Assembly (NCBI GenBank): GCA_965644295.1
Contig: CBFFRP010000185.1
Span: forward strand, 1 to 64,000
Reading direction: 5' to 3'
Origin: Paraphysomonas bandaiensis
Taxonomy: Eukaryota > Protista > Chrysophyceae
DNA: 64,000 bases
In this document: positions 47,428 through 61,650 of the stretch, piece by piece
Layout: the number at the start of each line of letters is the position of its first letter
Numbering within the stretch: the stretch's first letter is position 1
Position numbers and translations under genes: made by a program
Notes under the pieces: generated by a model
What the model was told of the DNA's origin: nothing
Seen by the model: the letters and a program-made list of their open reading frames with translations, nothing else
Database searches by the model: none

Positions 47428-48840
47428 ATGATGCCTGTGTCGTCGACGATGATCTTATCGCAGTGTCGACGGAGACACTTCTTCCAGTATTTACGCCCTC
47501 GGTATATTTACCGTGTAACTGACCAGTCGGCTAGAGTGAAAGTTATTCCTGACCAACCAAACTCTTTAAGACGAAGAAATATAAACCCCTTATTAATTAA
47601 AAATTATCCCAAGCCGAAAGATACATCTGTTAGCTTTAATATTGAGAGCTCTAAAGAAACTGTGTACTTGGCTCTATTCGGAAACATGGTGATCACTCTT
47701 AGTAAGGCAGCTGTCTGTGTTATGACAGGATCTAGTGCCATGCTGTCAGAAGCAATTCACTCTCTGGTGGACTCGGGTAACCAAGCTCTACTCCTGGTTG
47801 GTCTTCGGGGTGCCGAAACAGTGGCAGACTCTCGGCACCAGTATGGGTATGGCAAAAGTATATACTTTTGGTCACTTGTATCCGCGTTGGGAACTTTCTG
47901 GTGCGGTGCTGGAATATCTATGTGGAACTCTGTGCAGGCTCTGCTTCATCCCTCTATAGAGCTGCACACCGTTGGGTGGGAGACCTGGGCAGTATTAGCC
48001 GTTGCTTTTGGAGTGGATGGCGGGGTGTTATACAAGACATTGCAGAAAGTGCGCCTTACACAGCCACCCAATCTCTCTCTGCTGCAGCACATCCGGCGCA
48101 TCCGCGATCCTACCATGCAGGCGGTGCTCATGGAGGACGCGGCTGCCTGTGGTGGGGTGCTGATTGCAGTGCTAGGAATAGGGGCTGCTCAGGTGACTGG
48201 ACTGGCGGTGCTGGACGCGCTCGCAGGGATGGGGGTATCGTGTGTACTGGGAGCAATGGGACTTTACCTCGCCCGCCTGAACCAGAAGTATTTAATGGGA
48301 CAAGCTGTGGAAACAGAGATCACGGACGGTATAAAGAGACTCCTCCTATCGCAGCGATCTATAGATGAGGTTCACTCCGTACAGTCCCAATGGGTAGGTC
48401 CCTACTCTTTCTCATATAAGGCGGAAATTGATTTCGACGGGACGTACATCGCTGCCAAATTGATGAACCGGTACAAAAGTGAGTTTCTCGATACCAAGAA
48501 TATAAAGGAGGATGAAATAAAATTGCTGCTTTCTTGGTACTCTGAAGATGTCATTCGTGAAGTGGAAATGGAAATACGTGGGTTGGAGGCACGCATTAGG
48601 CGAAGGTACCCAGAGGCCCTGTACATAGAGCTGGAGCCTGATGGAGGCAAGAACAAGGACGATGAATATATGCAGTATGCCATTGACCTGGGTCGCAGCG
48701 AGAAAGACATTTTGGACCGCGAGATGGAAAGTATAAATCAGTACGAGGCTGCTTTCATAGAAGATAAGGAGATGGATCTGTACAGAGATATGCTTGAGTA
48801 TAACAGAGGCGACAAATCCAATCAGGCAGAAGACTTGTAG
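47428..48840 (+). CDS. Cation diffusion facilitator, ZnT9/SLC30A9-MTP7-like, probably mitochondrial
   Basis: SSAMLSEAIHSLVDSGNQ, HQYGYGK, VLMEDAAA, FSYKAEIDFDG; Arg-rich N-terminal presequence-like segment. Confidence 0.92.
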   Translation: MMPVSSTMILSQCRRRHFFQYLRPRYIYRVTDQSARVKVIPDQPNSLRRRNINPLLIKNYPKPKDTSVSFNIESSKETVYLALFGNMVITLSKAAVCVMTGSSAMLSEAIHSLVDSGNQALLLVGLRGAETVADSRHQYGYGKSIYFWSLVSALGTFWCGAGISMWNSVQALLHPSIELHTVGWETWAVLAVAFGVDGGVLYKTLQKVRLTQPPNLSLLQHIRRIRDPTMQAVLMEDAAACGGVLIAVLGIGAAQVTGLAVLDALAGMGVSCVLGAMGLYLARLNQKYLMGQAVETEITDGIKRLLLSQRSIDEVHSVQSQWVGPYSFSYKAEIDFDGTYIAAKLMNRYKSEFLDTKNIKEDEIKLLLSWYSEDVIREVEMEIRGLEARIRRRYPEALYIELEPDGGKNKDDEYMQYAIDLGRSEKDILDREMESINQYEAAFIEDKEMDLYRDMLEYNRGDKSNQAEDL

Positions 48841-49785
48841 CATATCGGATAAGAATTATTCAAGAGACTATCGTTTGCTTTAAGTTGTCATATTACTACC
48901 TAGATTTCGTGGAGCCGATATCTTTGTGAATAGTGTTTATTTAATTAATTTTATTCACACTCAATTGGGCTGAAGCTAATCCCGTTTGAAAAGCAGTAAT
49001 ATAATACCTGCAAATGTCACGTGACGATACACTTAGAGTATAATTGAGAATTTATTACACATATTTCAGGTGCACGTATTTTTAAGTTACTACAAAAAGG
49101 CGTAGTCTTGTGAATTACAGAGGAAATTATTAAACACCATACAAGACGACAAAATCAAGCTAAATACAAATATTCCTATCTTTTGTCTTCCATTCCGCTA
49201 TGCTTTATAATAGCGCCCTCTGTATACAATAAACAGGGATTAAATTTATATATAATTGAGGACGTTGTTTACAAAATTAAGTATTGATTAATACTACGAA
49301 ATTATTCATTCTGATACTTAATCAAAGATTTTAAAGATAAGTTTTCTTACATAAAAGAAAATCACTCTCTTTTATGTGTGGTCTGCTGTGAACTCAATAA
49401 CATCTCGATTTTACTTATTTTAAATGGCAATAATAAGACATTCACTACTATATATAACTTTCAGCAATGTTTACAGAGGAAACGTAAAGGAATATAGGAG
49501 AAAATTTATATATTTTATATTTGTCGTCATCTTGTGTGTATATTACACAGATACACATATATGTACCAGGTAAGATGTAATGTGATGACTAACTCTTTTA
49601 CCTGTTTACACCATATTATAGTTATATGTCATATAAAGTCGGGGTAATACCAAAACCTGAGAAAGTTTTCACCAGGTTTCTTATCTAAGTATTGAATGAT
49701 TATTTTACTGTAATCATGGGCATCATATATAGACTAAATTATGAGATATAGATATATTTAACCATGAGTAATACGGAGGCTATAT

Positions 49786-50053
49786 CGTCAGCCCGAGTTC
49801 TATAATTTGGAAATTGTAGCTTTTAGTATATCTAGAGTGTATATAGCTATTCGTAGCTTGTTTGCTGTTAGAAAGGAAATTCATGTGCCTTGATTAGCAT
49901 GAAGAAAACAAACAAAATATGAAATACAAAATTTAAACCAATGGTATAATAGCTACAAAAAATAAATCCCTACCACAGACGGGTGGTGAATGAACAGCAA
50001 ACTACGAGCGGTATAGAACTACAACTGAGAATTTGTAGTTGCACGGGGCTGAT
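49786..50053. mobile_element. Possible degenerate MITE (imperfect inverted ends)
   Basis: tcagcccg...tcgtagcttgtttgctgtt on the left pairs imperfectly with aacagcaaactacga...cggggctga on the right. Confidence 0.35.
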
Positions 50054-50192
50054 TGGCACCATCATCACGTTTATGTATATTAAGCTCGATCCCTGCTAGT
50101 ATAACTGATTTGAATACTATGTATATGATATTACGCACACATTCCTGATAAAAATGACATTACCTACCCAGCGAAAGAACTGGTGCCACTAC

Positions 50193-50700
50193 CAGGCTTG
50201 CGTAACAATTAATTGGTGACAGGTGTCCAACAATAATAATTGCAATTATTAATCAAGCATCCAATTATTGGCAATGCAATTAATTGGCAATAACTGCCAA
50301 TTAATTTCCTTTTATTCTACTGATAGATTTTAGAATAACTTTCTGAACTATAATCTCATCCCAAAAAAACTTTAACATTTTCACTCAGAAAATTCAACAT
50401 TTCAAGGTGTCTAGGTATCATTCGCTTGCAAAAATCTATTCATAACAACCTTAGCTCTGCTAAACAACCTCTCATAAACATTGGTACTGCTATACAAATA
50501 CTTCATGCAACGATATCGTGTTGGAAGTTTGATGCGTGCTTTTCGGCGCTTTCGGTTGTCTTTAAGTATACGAATTCTTAAACCACTACTCCAAATCACC
50601 TTCAGCATCAGATGCAACACCAGAAAAATTCTTGAAGTTTGTTTGGAAGTTCTGATTACGAGAATAAGTCACTTCTACTGACATCATCATTATGATCTTC
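50193..50700 (-). pseudogene. hAT-type transposon 3' remnant with terminus
   Basis: RYRCMKYLYSSTNVYERLFSRAKVVM, caatt/aattg-rich subterminal repeats, and the caggcttgcg end. Confidence 0.7.
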
Positions 50701-51546
50701 CACATCAGATGGATGGCATATAACTTATATTATAACTTGGTCTGATTTTGAGAGCTCACTCATCATTGTGTTTCCCTAAAATTTTGTATTATGATAAATC
50801 AAGTTACGTCCAAATGGCTGTCAATATCAAACATAAAAATGAAGATAGTTTCTGTTCAAACCGAATATTGAAGTTGAATGTCTGTGTTTACCCGGTGCTA
50901 GTGTGAGCGTTCTGTTGAACCCAATTCATGTCAAAAAGCACTTTTTTGACAAAAAAGGAGAATTCTACTATTCGCGACAATATACTATTGATAATGTGGC
51001 TATATACAAGCGCAGAAAAGATGTTGCTTACTAACTCTTATAACACTTCGAAATAAAGTAGTTTTCATTGTAATCAGTGGATTAAAAATTAAATATGCAG
51101 AAAAGTCAACACCACTACAAGCCTGCGCTATACCTGCACATATGGCAAAGGTACTTATATCGATTCTGTCTTCAATAACAGTACCTGTGTGTGGAAACCT
51201 TCTGATCTTATTTTCTGTATATCAATGGCACATCTAATACTAGAAACACTAAGGAATAAATACATAAATACACAAGCAATTACAGCGGGTAATGTGTTCG
51301 CGTCATCTGTGGTCCGACATACACAATAAACTACACTAAGTAATTTACAACAAGTATGCCGGTACCACGTTATCGGATGTAACTCTATCTCCTATTATAT
51401 GTGGGGATACAAGCACTGCTGACGTGCATCAGTAGTTTCAGACATCAGTGCACAGCTAATTGAAAGCATGCCAATATCAGGATCCAGGAACCAGATCTTG
51501 GGCAACCCTTCGATAGACCCCAGCGCTCCACTAGGAAGCCATTGAG

Positions 51547-52017
51547 TCATGCACCGCTCGGGCTATTGACTCCCTCGCTCAGCATGCAGGCCTGAAGCAG
51601 GGCCTGCATGCCACTACATTCTCCCTTTGAAACTGCCCCACCCGATACACTGCTAAAATCAATCCCCGGTACCAGCGAACACATCCCAGCTAGTGCGCGT
51701 ATGTCTTCATTTTTATGCTGCTGAAATGTACTGACATCAGGCCAGTCATCCTTATTAAAACGCTCTGAATTCCGCATTCCCAACGCATTTGTACCACTTT
51801 GTTGCTGAGGTAGAGGAGCCTTCGCCTCTGCCCATGATTGCGATGAGTAGTCGCATAACTTCGGCGATGTTTTATCGACAGAAGATATATCAGGCCAATC
51901 ATCAGCACTCCATGAGTCATCATGAAAACGATTCTGCACCACGTAGCGATACATTTTCTGCGCAGAATTAATAGCGTCCACTCCAGCCTGCTCCTGGGAC
52001 CGTTTCATACCCGACAT
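51547..52017 (-). CDS. Small hypothetical protein with two DDWPD[IV]S motifs
   Basis: ORF from MSGMKRS with an internal repeat (RFHDDSWSADDWPDISS / RFNKDDWPDVST). Confidence 0.55.
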   Translation of the reverse strand: MSGMKRSQEQAGVDAINSAQKMYRYVVQNRFHDDSWSADDWPDISSVDKTSPKLCDYSSQSWAEAKAPLPQQQSGTNALGMRNSERFNKDDWPDVSTFQQHKNEDIRALAGMCSLVPGIDFSSVSGGAVSKGECSGMQALLQACMLSEGVNSPSGA

Positions 52018-52979
52018 CGATTGCAAAATAATTAATGAAGTCCTATGGTAAATTGTCTGCTTAAATATTGAGGATTCATTCCAACCCAATAAAGTATGTG
52101 ACACCGCCCTTGCCCGCAGTGTTATGTAAGTCTCACCCTCTTTTTGTGGTGGTTCTGCCTGTTGTGCGTGTTGCACTGCGGAAGTGTTGCTTGTTACATA
52201 CAGCTGCTGTGTATGTGTTGCCCTGTACACACCCCATCACCAGCAGCAGGTTAATATTCAAATTCGGCTTCTGTATAACTGTGTAACATCATCATCAGCA
52301 GTACTTAATTTAAACTGCAGCAGTATACCGTATACACATACTACACATACAGCAGTACAGCAGTGTATCCAACACAGCAGTATCTAGTCATCGGATGAGC
52401 ATATCCAGATACAGGCAGAGTAGGTATGGCTGTGTATATATGCGTGGGTTGTGTCATAAGGAGGGAGTGAAGAGCACGAACATTGCGATACGATGTGATC
52501 CATTCCACATTACATGCAAGAGGTTCCTTTCACGTAAAGATGCCACACACAGTCATATCTTACACTGTCACAATTATGTGCATAAGTTCGTGCCCAATAC
52601 TGCACGTAGGGGCTCTGAGTCAAAGCCCTTGTCATTGGGGTCCATCCACCAGTCTGTAGTTGATACTCCGACAACAGGGACCTTCCTGACTATGTACCTG
52701 ACAAGCAAGTAGTGAACGATGTATTCCGAGCATTGGGAGACTCACCGTTGAGTGAGTAGGAAGGAAGCATTCCAACTATGGCCAGAGAAAGAAAAATTGT
52801 CGGGGCTATACACCAACAGAGGTTGAGCTTCCACCTCTACGGCGCGTCTACACTGTGAAGGAGCGTAAGGTATGTTTTTGTCTGCGCTTCTCTACTTGTG
52901 TACTTGTCTACGATTTATAATATATATGTATACCAGGCTGCCTAGCTGAAGGGGTCACCTCTGCAGTAAAAACGGAGCC

Positions 52980-53760
52980 GTACTTGATATGGTGCTACCT
53001 TGCGGACCCTAACCGACAATAGGACAAAGCTCCTGGATATTCTTGGGTTGAAAATGTGTCGTCATTTTGTTGCTTCTTCAGAGCCCCCCCAACTACGCCA
53101 TGCTTTACGCGGATGATCTTCTCGCGTGGTGGTCCCTAGAACCATATTTCGAGCATTGACCGCGATATTATGGCCTCGAAGTTTGAGCTTCTGGACCGAT
53201 CTGATTCTGCTTCCTCACAGAAGGATGCGGAAGAGCAGCTGGGAATGTAGCGCACACGGTGTTATGAGGAGCCGGAAGAGGGGAGCCCAGTCTAATGCCT
53301 TCTCATCAAAAATCGCCGCGGCTTATTTCCATGAGAAGAGTTGGATCACCCCCGCCCGCGGTAATGCAGTGCTGAGGGCGGAGGAAGTGGAGGCGTGCAA
53401 GGTGACCATACTTCTAGCTACACTGACCTGTCTGTCTGCTAGAATGGAAGAGCGAAGTGAGTATGCGATGGAAGAGGATGAGGCCGCGGAGGGGGAGCCC
53501 TGTGTTCGCCTATACAATGGTCGTGTCAGTGGCCTACCCCAACACTGGCATCGGACAATGTGTTTCAGACCAAACCGTGGCACGGGTGCATGCGTCTGAC
53601 CCGCCTGAGGGAGGAAGTTACCCGAAAAGAACATCGAACGGTGAAGTCTCTTGAAAACTGGATGACTGAGGAGTCTAGACTGGAGATGTGAAACTCTCTC
53701 CAATCTGAAGGCGGTAATCATTTGTTTGCCAAAGTCTACCACTGTGGTGGACCCTTATAT
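52980..53760 (+). pseudogene. Degenerate reverse transcriptase remnant (DIRS/Gypsy-like)
   Basis: One frame from 52989 reads MVLPCGP*PTIGQSSWIFLG*...AMLYADDLL, with YADD at 53106-53117: degraded RT motifs B and C at plausible spacing. GC-rich with several stops. Confidence 0.45.
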
Positions 53761-54879
53761 CAAGTGCAACACCAAGGTATGGTACGTCGCAATGCTTGAA
53801 GATCCCATTGTGTCAGCACTTGTAACACACCTGTCCCACGTGTCTAATTTTTTGTAGCTAATATATATCATGTGTGAACTGCACATCACCCAATATTAAT
53901 TTCTTCTATACTCATAATTACTTAATGTCCTGCTCATCTAGAGCAATGATTTGAAGCAAACAAGTTAACTACCATCAGCACAGGGATTGGTTGATGTGTA
54001 TGCCTCCGTTACTTGTGACTTAAGTCAATAATCAATATCCTGTCAGCAATGCTCCGAGTGTGTTTCCCTTATACGCGCACGATGTTCCTATTGTGCTTTC
54101 CGACATGCACTTCGTCGACCAATGTGTTAAGTATAAATAAAATATATAATCTATTTTCTGTTACCTTTACAATCATCACTACTATCTGAAAATTAATGTC
54201 TAACCCCTAATATTGAGGTAGGTGCTTTGCTTTGGATTGATAGAGACAAAATAATATTATTATACAAAATTATCTCCGTATCAATAGAGCTACATTCTAC
54301 AAACAGAGAGGTTGTGTGAAGTCGTATATGGGGCTTGTATTATATGTGATACACATTGGTACGTGTGAATCATTGATATTAGAGTTTATTAGTAGGCCTC
54401 GGATTCATGTTCAGCACTATATTGAATTATAGTACATGATGTTTACGAACTCAGTATTTTATTATATGTGATAATATATCGTGTGGAGTGTGTAAAGAAT
54501 TGTAATAAAAATATGATCATAAAATTCAGCAATGATAGTCAAATTTAGCAAACTCATCCCCACTACTGTGTGTGACTGACAGTGTAGCTGCGACTAAAAG
54601 CAGCTAAATTATTGGCATTTTAGTTAGGTGACAACTTCCTGAACTACAAAAGCAGTGTCCGTCACTCTCCGCAGATAATAGGAAGAGATACGTACAGGAG
54701 GAGGAGCAGTTCCCTATCATCTCATTATTATATTATTCCCCATCATATATATATAACAATGCACTAGATAGAGTCGATCCTTATGTGATATATTCAGCTC
54801 TGACATTATAGGATGAAGTTAGATCTCACAAACTAACAGTAGTAGTAGTATCACTTTAAATATAGAATAAAAAGAGTGA

Positions 54880-55206
54880 AGTAGTGAATGTCTGATTATA
54901 AGCAATAGGCGTGTAAGACAGAGTCAGAACTAATGTAGCAAGACAATTTAAATAACTACTCGTGCTTAGCTCTAGTATTATCCTACTATTTAGCGCTACG
55001 AAACTACTTGTGCGTCACCTCAAGCACCAAGGTGCAACCACTTTCGCTCTCTGTCCTTAAGGTGGGCCTATTCACGGATGCTTGACTTCAGCAGGCAGCC
55101 CAATTGCCCGGATGCCCTTGAGGTGGGCCCATTCCCGGATTCCTGTTTATTTGTCAAGGCCTCTAAAGACGTCTACACAAGTGACACTTATAAGTGTCCC
55201 TCGTAC
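54880..55206 (-). mobile_element. Dispersed repeat, probable solo LTR (second long copy)
   Basis: Reverse complement aligns along most of 30327-30705. Confidence 0.6.
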
Positions 55207-55865
55207 TATGAGTGGGCAGAACAATATCATCTATATATGCAGCTTACGTTAGTTTCCTGGAGAAATATCTCCGGTATTTATCCCTCAGAACACCACAAAA
55301 AAGGTGCGAGTCCGACAGTTGAGAGGAAGAAAAGTTATAGCCAGACTTGTTCAATATGTAGTATTATTTGATAACCTAGTTTAACTTGAGGTCTGGTCAT
55401 TAGTTTCAGATATCCCAATACAACTAAAGAATTTCTGAAACAGTTATGGAGGTATATCCCAATTCGGATTAGCCTGTTATAGCACACGTTTTCTCTTGTA
55501 TATGTTTCAGGACAAGGGAACACTATATTGTATTGCAATTTACTCCTAGAGTTGGTCGTACTAAGCAAGAGTTATCTACTGAAAGTGAGCAAGAAGTCGC
55601 ATTCAGGTAATGATAATAATGAATCTAGATGAAGTGAGCGATGTTAAATTGTGGAGCCTCAAAGTAAATTGCATCTGCTTGTATCAATAACAATATCATT
55701 AAATAACTATATTCGTGTTGATGCAGCATGTTGCTCTACATATGAAGGATATACAAACGAATAAATTATGATTAGTACGATTCACACTATATATTACACT
55801 AACAGTTTTACACATACAACATACAAGAACTGAACAAACCAGTTTCTATTATTACTGCATCGCTT

Positions 55866-58800
55866 CTAGTCGCTGGATTCGGTCGTTTTACTGTCCGTCA
55901 TAGATTTTATCAAACTGGTGACCTTCTTGACGACCTTCTTTGGGACAGCTTCATTTCTGATTAACGTCATGAACAAATTAGGCAGGTTTGACGACTCGAA
56001 AGCGGGTCTCAAAGCAGCAATTTCGCTGAAATGAGATGTAACCATAACAATCGAATAAAGAACGTCTGGATCATAAAATCTATTCTTATTGCAGTCCTCC
56101 AGTAGAGAGCAAAGCAGTGTAGGAATATCACAAGAAATTAATTCACTCATGTTAGTATCGGCAGCATCAGTGTACACTCGACAAATAGTCATCGATACTG
56201 TCGTAAAAGACTTGGGATGAGGTAAACATATATGAAGTTCTTTGAAAAACTTCAGTAGATTTGCTGACGTGCCAAAAGCCTTCTGGTTCTCATGATTATT
56301 CTGAGCCACTAGATTCATTATTAACCTCGAAACGATATCTATAGTTTCGAAATGCTCCAAATCGCAAGTGTACGCATCCATTAGAATATCACAACCTCCT
56401 GCCTTCAGAAAATTCTTCTGGTTGGACGGTGCGTTCTCAATACAGATCCATAAGAATCGAACAGCCAACACTACAATATCCTGGACATCTAAATAATACT
56501 TGACAGTTTTTAGAAGGATCTTAAATCCAGCAAGGGAACCCGCTCGTCTCTTGTTGCTGATGACCTTTTGAGTTAACCTTATTCCAAGAGTAAGTGCTGC
56601 GGTATATACAGCGCGGTTTTTGTAGTATCGGTTAATAAAATGGTACAGTAGATTCACGGCACCGTTGGTTCCCAGCACCGCTGCTGCACCGCTAACATAG
56701 CTTATTCGCACAAGAGTTTCAAAGCCGATTAGTACAAGGTCTACTTCATCAGCAAAAGTAAATAACAGTTCCATTATAATTTCTGGTTTGTCAATCAGAG
56801 CGACCACTAATTTCGACGATATCTTCTTTTCTTTTGCATCCCGCACTTGATCATTAACGCGTTTAATTGTCTTCTTTGCCAAAGCAACATTTCTCATTTC
56901 TGACGAAACACGAATAGCATCGATAATAATATTAGCTTCTGGGGTACTGTCGATAACACTGAGAAGAGTTGCCAGTCTCAGCTGCTCCTTTGTAGCACAA
57001 TTTTCAGTCCACTTTCCTTCCATGGTATGCTCTCTGTTTTCTACAAATACTTCCTGTTGTGATGTGTCTAAAATTTGAGATTCTCGAGGCAGTTTTGTGG
57101 GCACATCAGTAGAAGGCATGGAATGATACGATGGACTTGCATTAACTACACCCGAATTCACCGGCAAGCACTCTGCTGCCTGTCCACTCTCTCCTGGCAT
57201 TCGATGGAATGAATTTGGACCAATATTGCTGTCGCAATTACCAGATGACTTATCTTCCAGTCCAGATCCATCACCTTCATCTGTAAAGTCAAGGTCTTGA
57301 GATTTTGTCCCCTTTGAAGCCGCTATTTCCCGCGAGCGGTTGATATCTCTATCCTTCGGATTGGATAATACAACGAGAGCTTGTCTCCGCGACACTGGAG
57401 CTTGAGAGGGGTCGCTCTTTGTTGATGTACTTTGTTGTCTTAGTATACTCTCCGAGGAAACTGATTTCTGTCCTGGAGACGAAAGGGATTTCTTTAGTCC
57501 CCGAGATTCGCTGGGATGCATCATTACAATATCAGAAGAATGGGCATTACCTCGCTCTTCAAGTAATACCGGTTGTCGACTTTGATCAATTTGTTCAGAC
57601 AAGGTATCCTCCCCCTTCACGTGCTTTTCCAACGACGGTTTCGCCTGACCTTTCCACTTTTCTACATCTTTCTCGGCGACTGCAGTAGCACCTCCATTAG
57701 TAGACGTCATGCTAGGGCTTTTCGACAGAAAAGAACCTGATTTCAACCGCTGGGCCCTGAGGTCTGATCTTGAGCGACCTGACAGTGAAAAGGTGCTTCG
57801 AGAAGAGCTGTGGGCAGATGCTCCGAATAGTCGGTGATAGGAGAGTGATGCGACCCTCACAACGGTAGAACTCCTAGCAGAACTCTGAATATCTAATAAA
57901 CTTCGATCCAAACCGCGAGAAAGTAGCTCCTCCTGAATCCCCGGGCAGGAACAAAACCTATACAGCAAGGTGATAGTTGTTTTCAACACGTCATCGTCCA
58001 CGCTATTGTCTTCAAAAATAGTTTTCAAAAGCATGCAAAATCCAGCAGCATGCACAGACTGGATGTTATCTTCATTCTTGCTGCACACTCCCATAACAAG
58101 TAGGCTGACTTGAACAAACGTTCCTCTACTTTTTACTCGACTTGCGAGCAAACAGTCAAAGTATACTTGGAACGCTGCTGGGACGCCTAAACGTTTTTGG
58201 TTACCAAAATGATTGTTGTAGCACAACACTAAAGCAATCCTTGATACCGCACTAATAATCTCGAAGTCAAAGACACAGGCCCTCATGGTGTCTATTACAC
58301 ACTCACACACACCAGCTTCTCCCATCCTATCCATAATCACGGGAGAATCTCTACAGAGAGTACACAGCAGCTTCACTATATGATGAACCATATCACGAAC
58401 AGATATAAATCTTAACAACGACTCCCCTAATACTCTACAGTTCTCCCTGTTGCCTAAGCGGTGCTTATTTTTCGCAGTACGTGCCACTAGGTTTTGAGCT
58501 AGCTTTACCGCTTTACTACATATTTCTTCGTGACCACATAGCTTTTTCAATACAATCACTAACAAGTCCAAATACCCACTGGTTCCGACTTCTTCGCGAA
58601 GATTTCTATCATTTCGTGACGCAAGAATGGCTTCCATAATATCCAATCCTAAATTCTGTAAAAACGGATTGGCATAAAACTCTCGCATTAGTGTAACAAC
58701 GGCAAAGAAGTCAGGGAACACTATATCCACAATTGATCGAATTTTGTCATGCGCTAATTCTTGAGATGCAGAGTCCAGAAGATTCTTGACGCGGGTGCAA

Positions 58801-60925
58801 GTTTTCAAAAACAGAACTTCATGTTTAAGCTGTAGACTTGTTTCCATCGCATTCTTTAATATAGAAAGGTCTTCACTCCTCTCCACCATTACAAGCAACG
58901 CACGGAGAGAAAGTTTGGCACTGCTGAGAAGCTTTTCCTTCCGCTTACTCGTTAGTACTTTCATAATAGCGCGTTTAATCTTCCCTGCAGCATCTGCCTT
59001 TGCTTGCTCACGGAGTACTTCATTTTCATCGTTACGTGCTTTTACAGCAATCGAGGGGTCGTCTCCTGCCATCTCCATTTCGCGCAGTATCTCCCAATGT
59101 TCCACTCCAGGACATACCTCATTCGGGTGTTGTAGGAGCATGTGCGCATTGTGCGCAGTCAATGATGCATCCTTTACGACAGGTCGCAACTGCTTCGACT
59201 GCAGCTGTATCGACGACCGTTTCTGTGTATACGATGGAGAGTAGGTAAGAGAATGTCTTACTGTCTCTAATTGCCCCGAGGAAGACTCAGTGATAGAACT
59301 GTTCGGCCCGCTCTGGACAGATTTAATCTCCACATCTTCATTGGACTCCTTCGCGTTGTCTGTTGGCTCACTCTTTTGCTTATCATCGATTTGCTTCTGC
59401 ATCTCATTCATTTGCTTAAGCATCACTTGCATATCTAATCGCAACTGTTGTACTTCATCCTCGTATCGAGATAAAACGCTCACGCTAGCATCCAACGTCG
59501 AAGTGTCGCCAATAGAATATTCACCCGGTGACCCGACCGACGACTGGGTAGATATCGACTGTTGTACTTGCATTTCAGACTGGATTGTACCCAACTCTTC
59601 TCTGAATGTAGAAAGTGCGGATTTAACCTCACTCCTTACGGACTTTATTTCTTGTAGAACAGCCTGCTGCTGTTTCGATTGAATGGGCGACATATGCAAA
59701 GGAGAAACAGGGGAGCGTGGAGATATCGAAGCTCGTGGAGCATGTTGGGCATTTTTAATTCGCCTAACAGCCGAAACAGAAGTTACTTCAACTGACTTAG
59801 TATGGTACTGAGGACTAGATGTCGTGCTAGAGTTCCATCCACTCCCAATTGGATCTGTAGCATTCTGTCGTGACTTACTTCCTCCTGCGAGATAGGTTGC
59901 AGCCATGTCGTCAACACGCTCTCGGAAGCTTAACTCTGCTGACATTTCTGCCTCCAGACCAGTCGTAGGATTTCGCTTACCATTGCGCCGGCGTTTCCGC
60001 TTTCCACGGATAGAATTCTTATCGTCAGATGACAAAAGGCTGCGGTTTTCAAGTGCTGAGCCATAATACAGTCCAGAAGTGGAACTCTTCGTATGCAAAG
60101 GATTTTCAGTATGCTGGTTTGAATTAATTGGATTAGTATACAGTCCTTTGCTTAAATGCAAATTCACTAGGAATTGTCTGACCACAGACTGAATCTTAGT
60201 CACAAGAGTATTGAGTGTCCTGGATAGCTCTGATACACAACGTTTGTTTAACTTTTCGTGGTCAAATTTCACGCCAACAATGATGTTGTCATTGAACTCC
60301 AGGTTGGTACAGCTTAGAATCCAGCCTCCCATTTGACGTTTTTCTTGGTAACGTGGAACCATTGACCAGAGCTGAATAAGCTCTGATATACTCTGTTGAT
60401 AAAATAAATTCAAATCCGTAATGGACTGGGACTTACCTCACTGAAAGGAACATACACAGTCCATTTTTGTTGAGTATCCACTACAAGTATATTGATTGAA
60501 TAGTATATTCTAGGAAACTCGCGGATAGAGTAATTAATCGTTCTAAATATTTATATCACAGAACACCAGGACTTTAAATTATTGATTACCTTTCCACTGT
60601 CGAAAGGCTTCCGTCTATTATAAGAACTGAATTCTCTGTGCTTACCGCATTCCCAGTGAAAAGATCTATATCTACAGGCATGCTCAAGGCTGGCCTATTT
60701 CAAGTACAACATATGTTTAATCGCGAAACGACACGAAGTATAGAGTTACTTTGTAGCTTTGACATGACTGCCTGTGGACCGCAGTCGAGATTTCTTCAGT
60801 ATTCCTTTCGTGCGTGGACTGGTCAGAGAGCGCGACACAGCGCTCGACAATGAATTTTTTGAGTCTGGAGGCCTTGTGGGGATTCTTTTGTGTTCACTGG
60901 TGTTTGATCTATACGATGATTTCAT
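55866..60925 (-). CDS. Large armadillo-repeat protein with unrecognised N-terminal domain, IQ-like motif and coiled coils
   Basis: 1,515-aa ORF with two ARM blocks, plus small upstream exons at about 60437-60542, 60589-60635 and 60750-60925. The start and the exact 5' exons are uncertain. Confidence 0.8.
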
Positions 60926-61650
60926 TGTCTGGCTTTGAAACACTAACACATAAGGAACTCTCAGAGGTTACAAATCCCACACACTCATACACAGATAGAG
61001 ATAGAGATCATGTGATATGAACGCGTTGACAGGCGAAGCATTAGCAGTTGCTCTGGGAGAAGCTTCTGTGTGTATGATATGCTCTACATATATGTGCAGG
61101 CTCTCAACTGTATGTGCTGCTGCATGTACCTCTATGCATACTACGATCGTACCATCCCATCGTACAGGAGTTAGCTATGAGACGTTGCTTGTCCGGGTTA
61201 CCTGCTGATGATGGGTGCTACATGTACTGTATGCCTATGTAACGTATACTGTGAAATACAGCCGCATATTCCGAGAAAAAGATTGCTGTGTTTTATTTTT
61301 CACCACTTTTTTGTGTAACTGTGGCGACAACGGAATACATAACTGAAGTCCTGGAATACATACGGTATATCAGTGTTGTTGAATGTGAAAGAAGTCGTTA
61401 AGAGATTCTTCACATGCTGCTAGAGTGCATCACACTCACATACACACACCTGACTACACTGTACAATACCAGAGGGCCACATCTAGATACCATCCCACCC
61501 TTCAGAGTTAATCAATAGAATAGAGCAGCTACTCATACCGATTAACTCCATGGTGTTTCAATGATCACGAGATGCAGTTGTGTGTTTTAATAGCGCTCCA
61601 CTGATATGACCGCCAGCGCTCTATAGTCATACTGCTGCTTCATCTTATCC

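Noticed and set aside
50193-51125. caggcttg...caagcctg as complete TIRs of a non-autonomous hAT
   Set aside because: Only an 8-bp match, and the flanking 8-mers (gccactac versus cgctatac) are not a target-site duplication.
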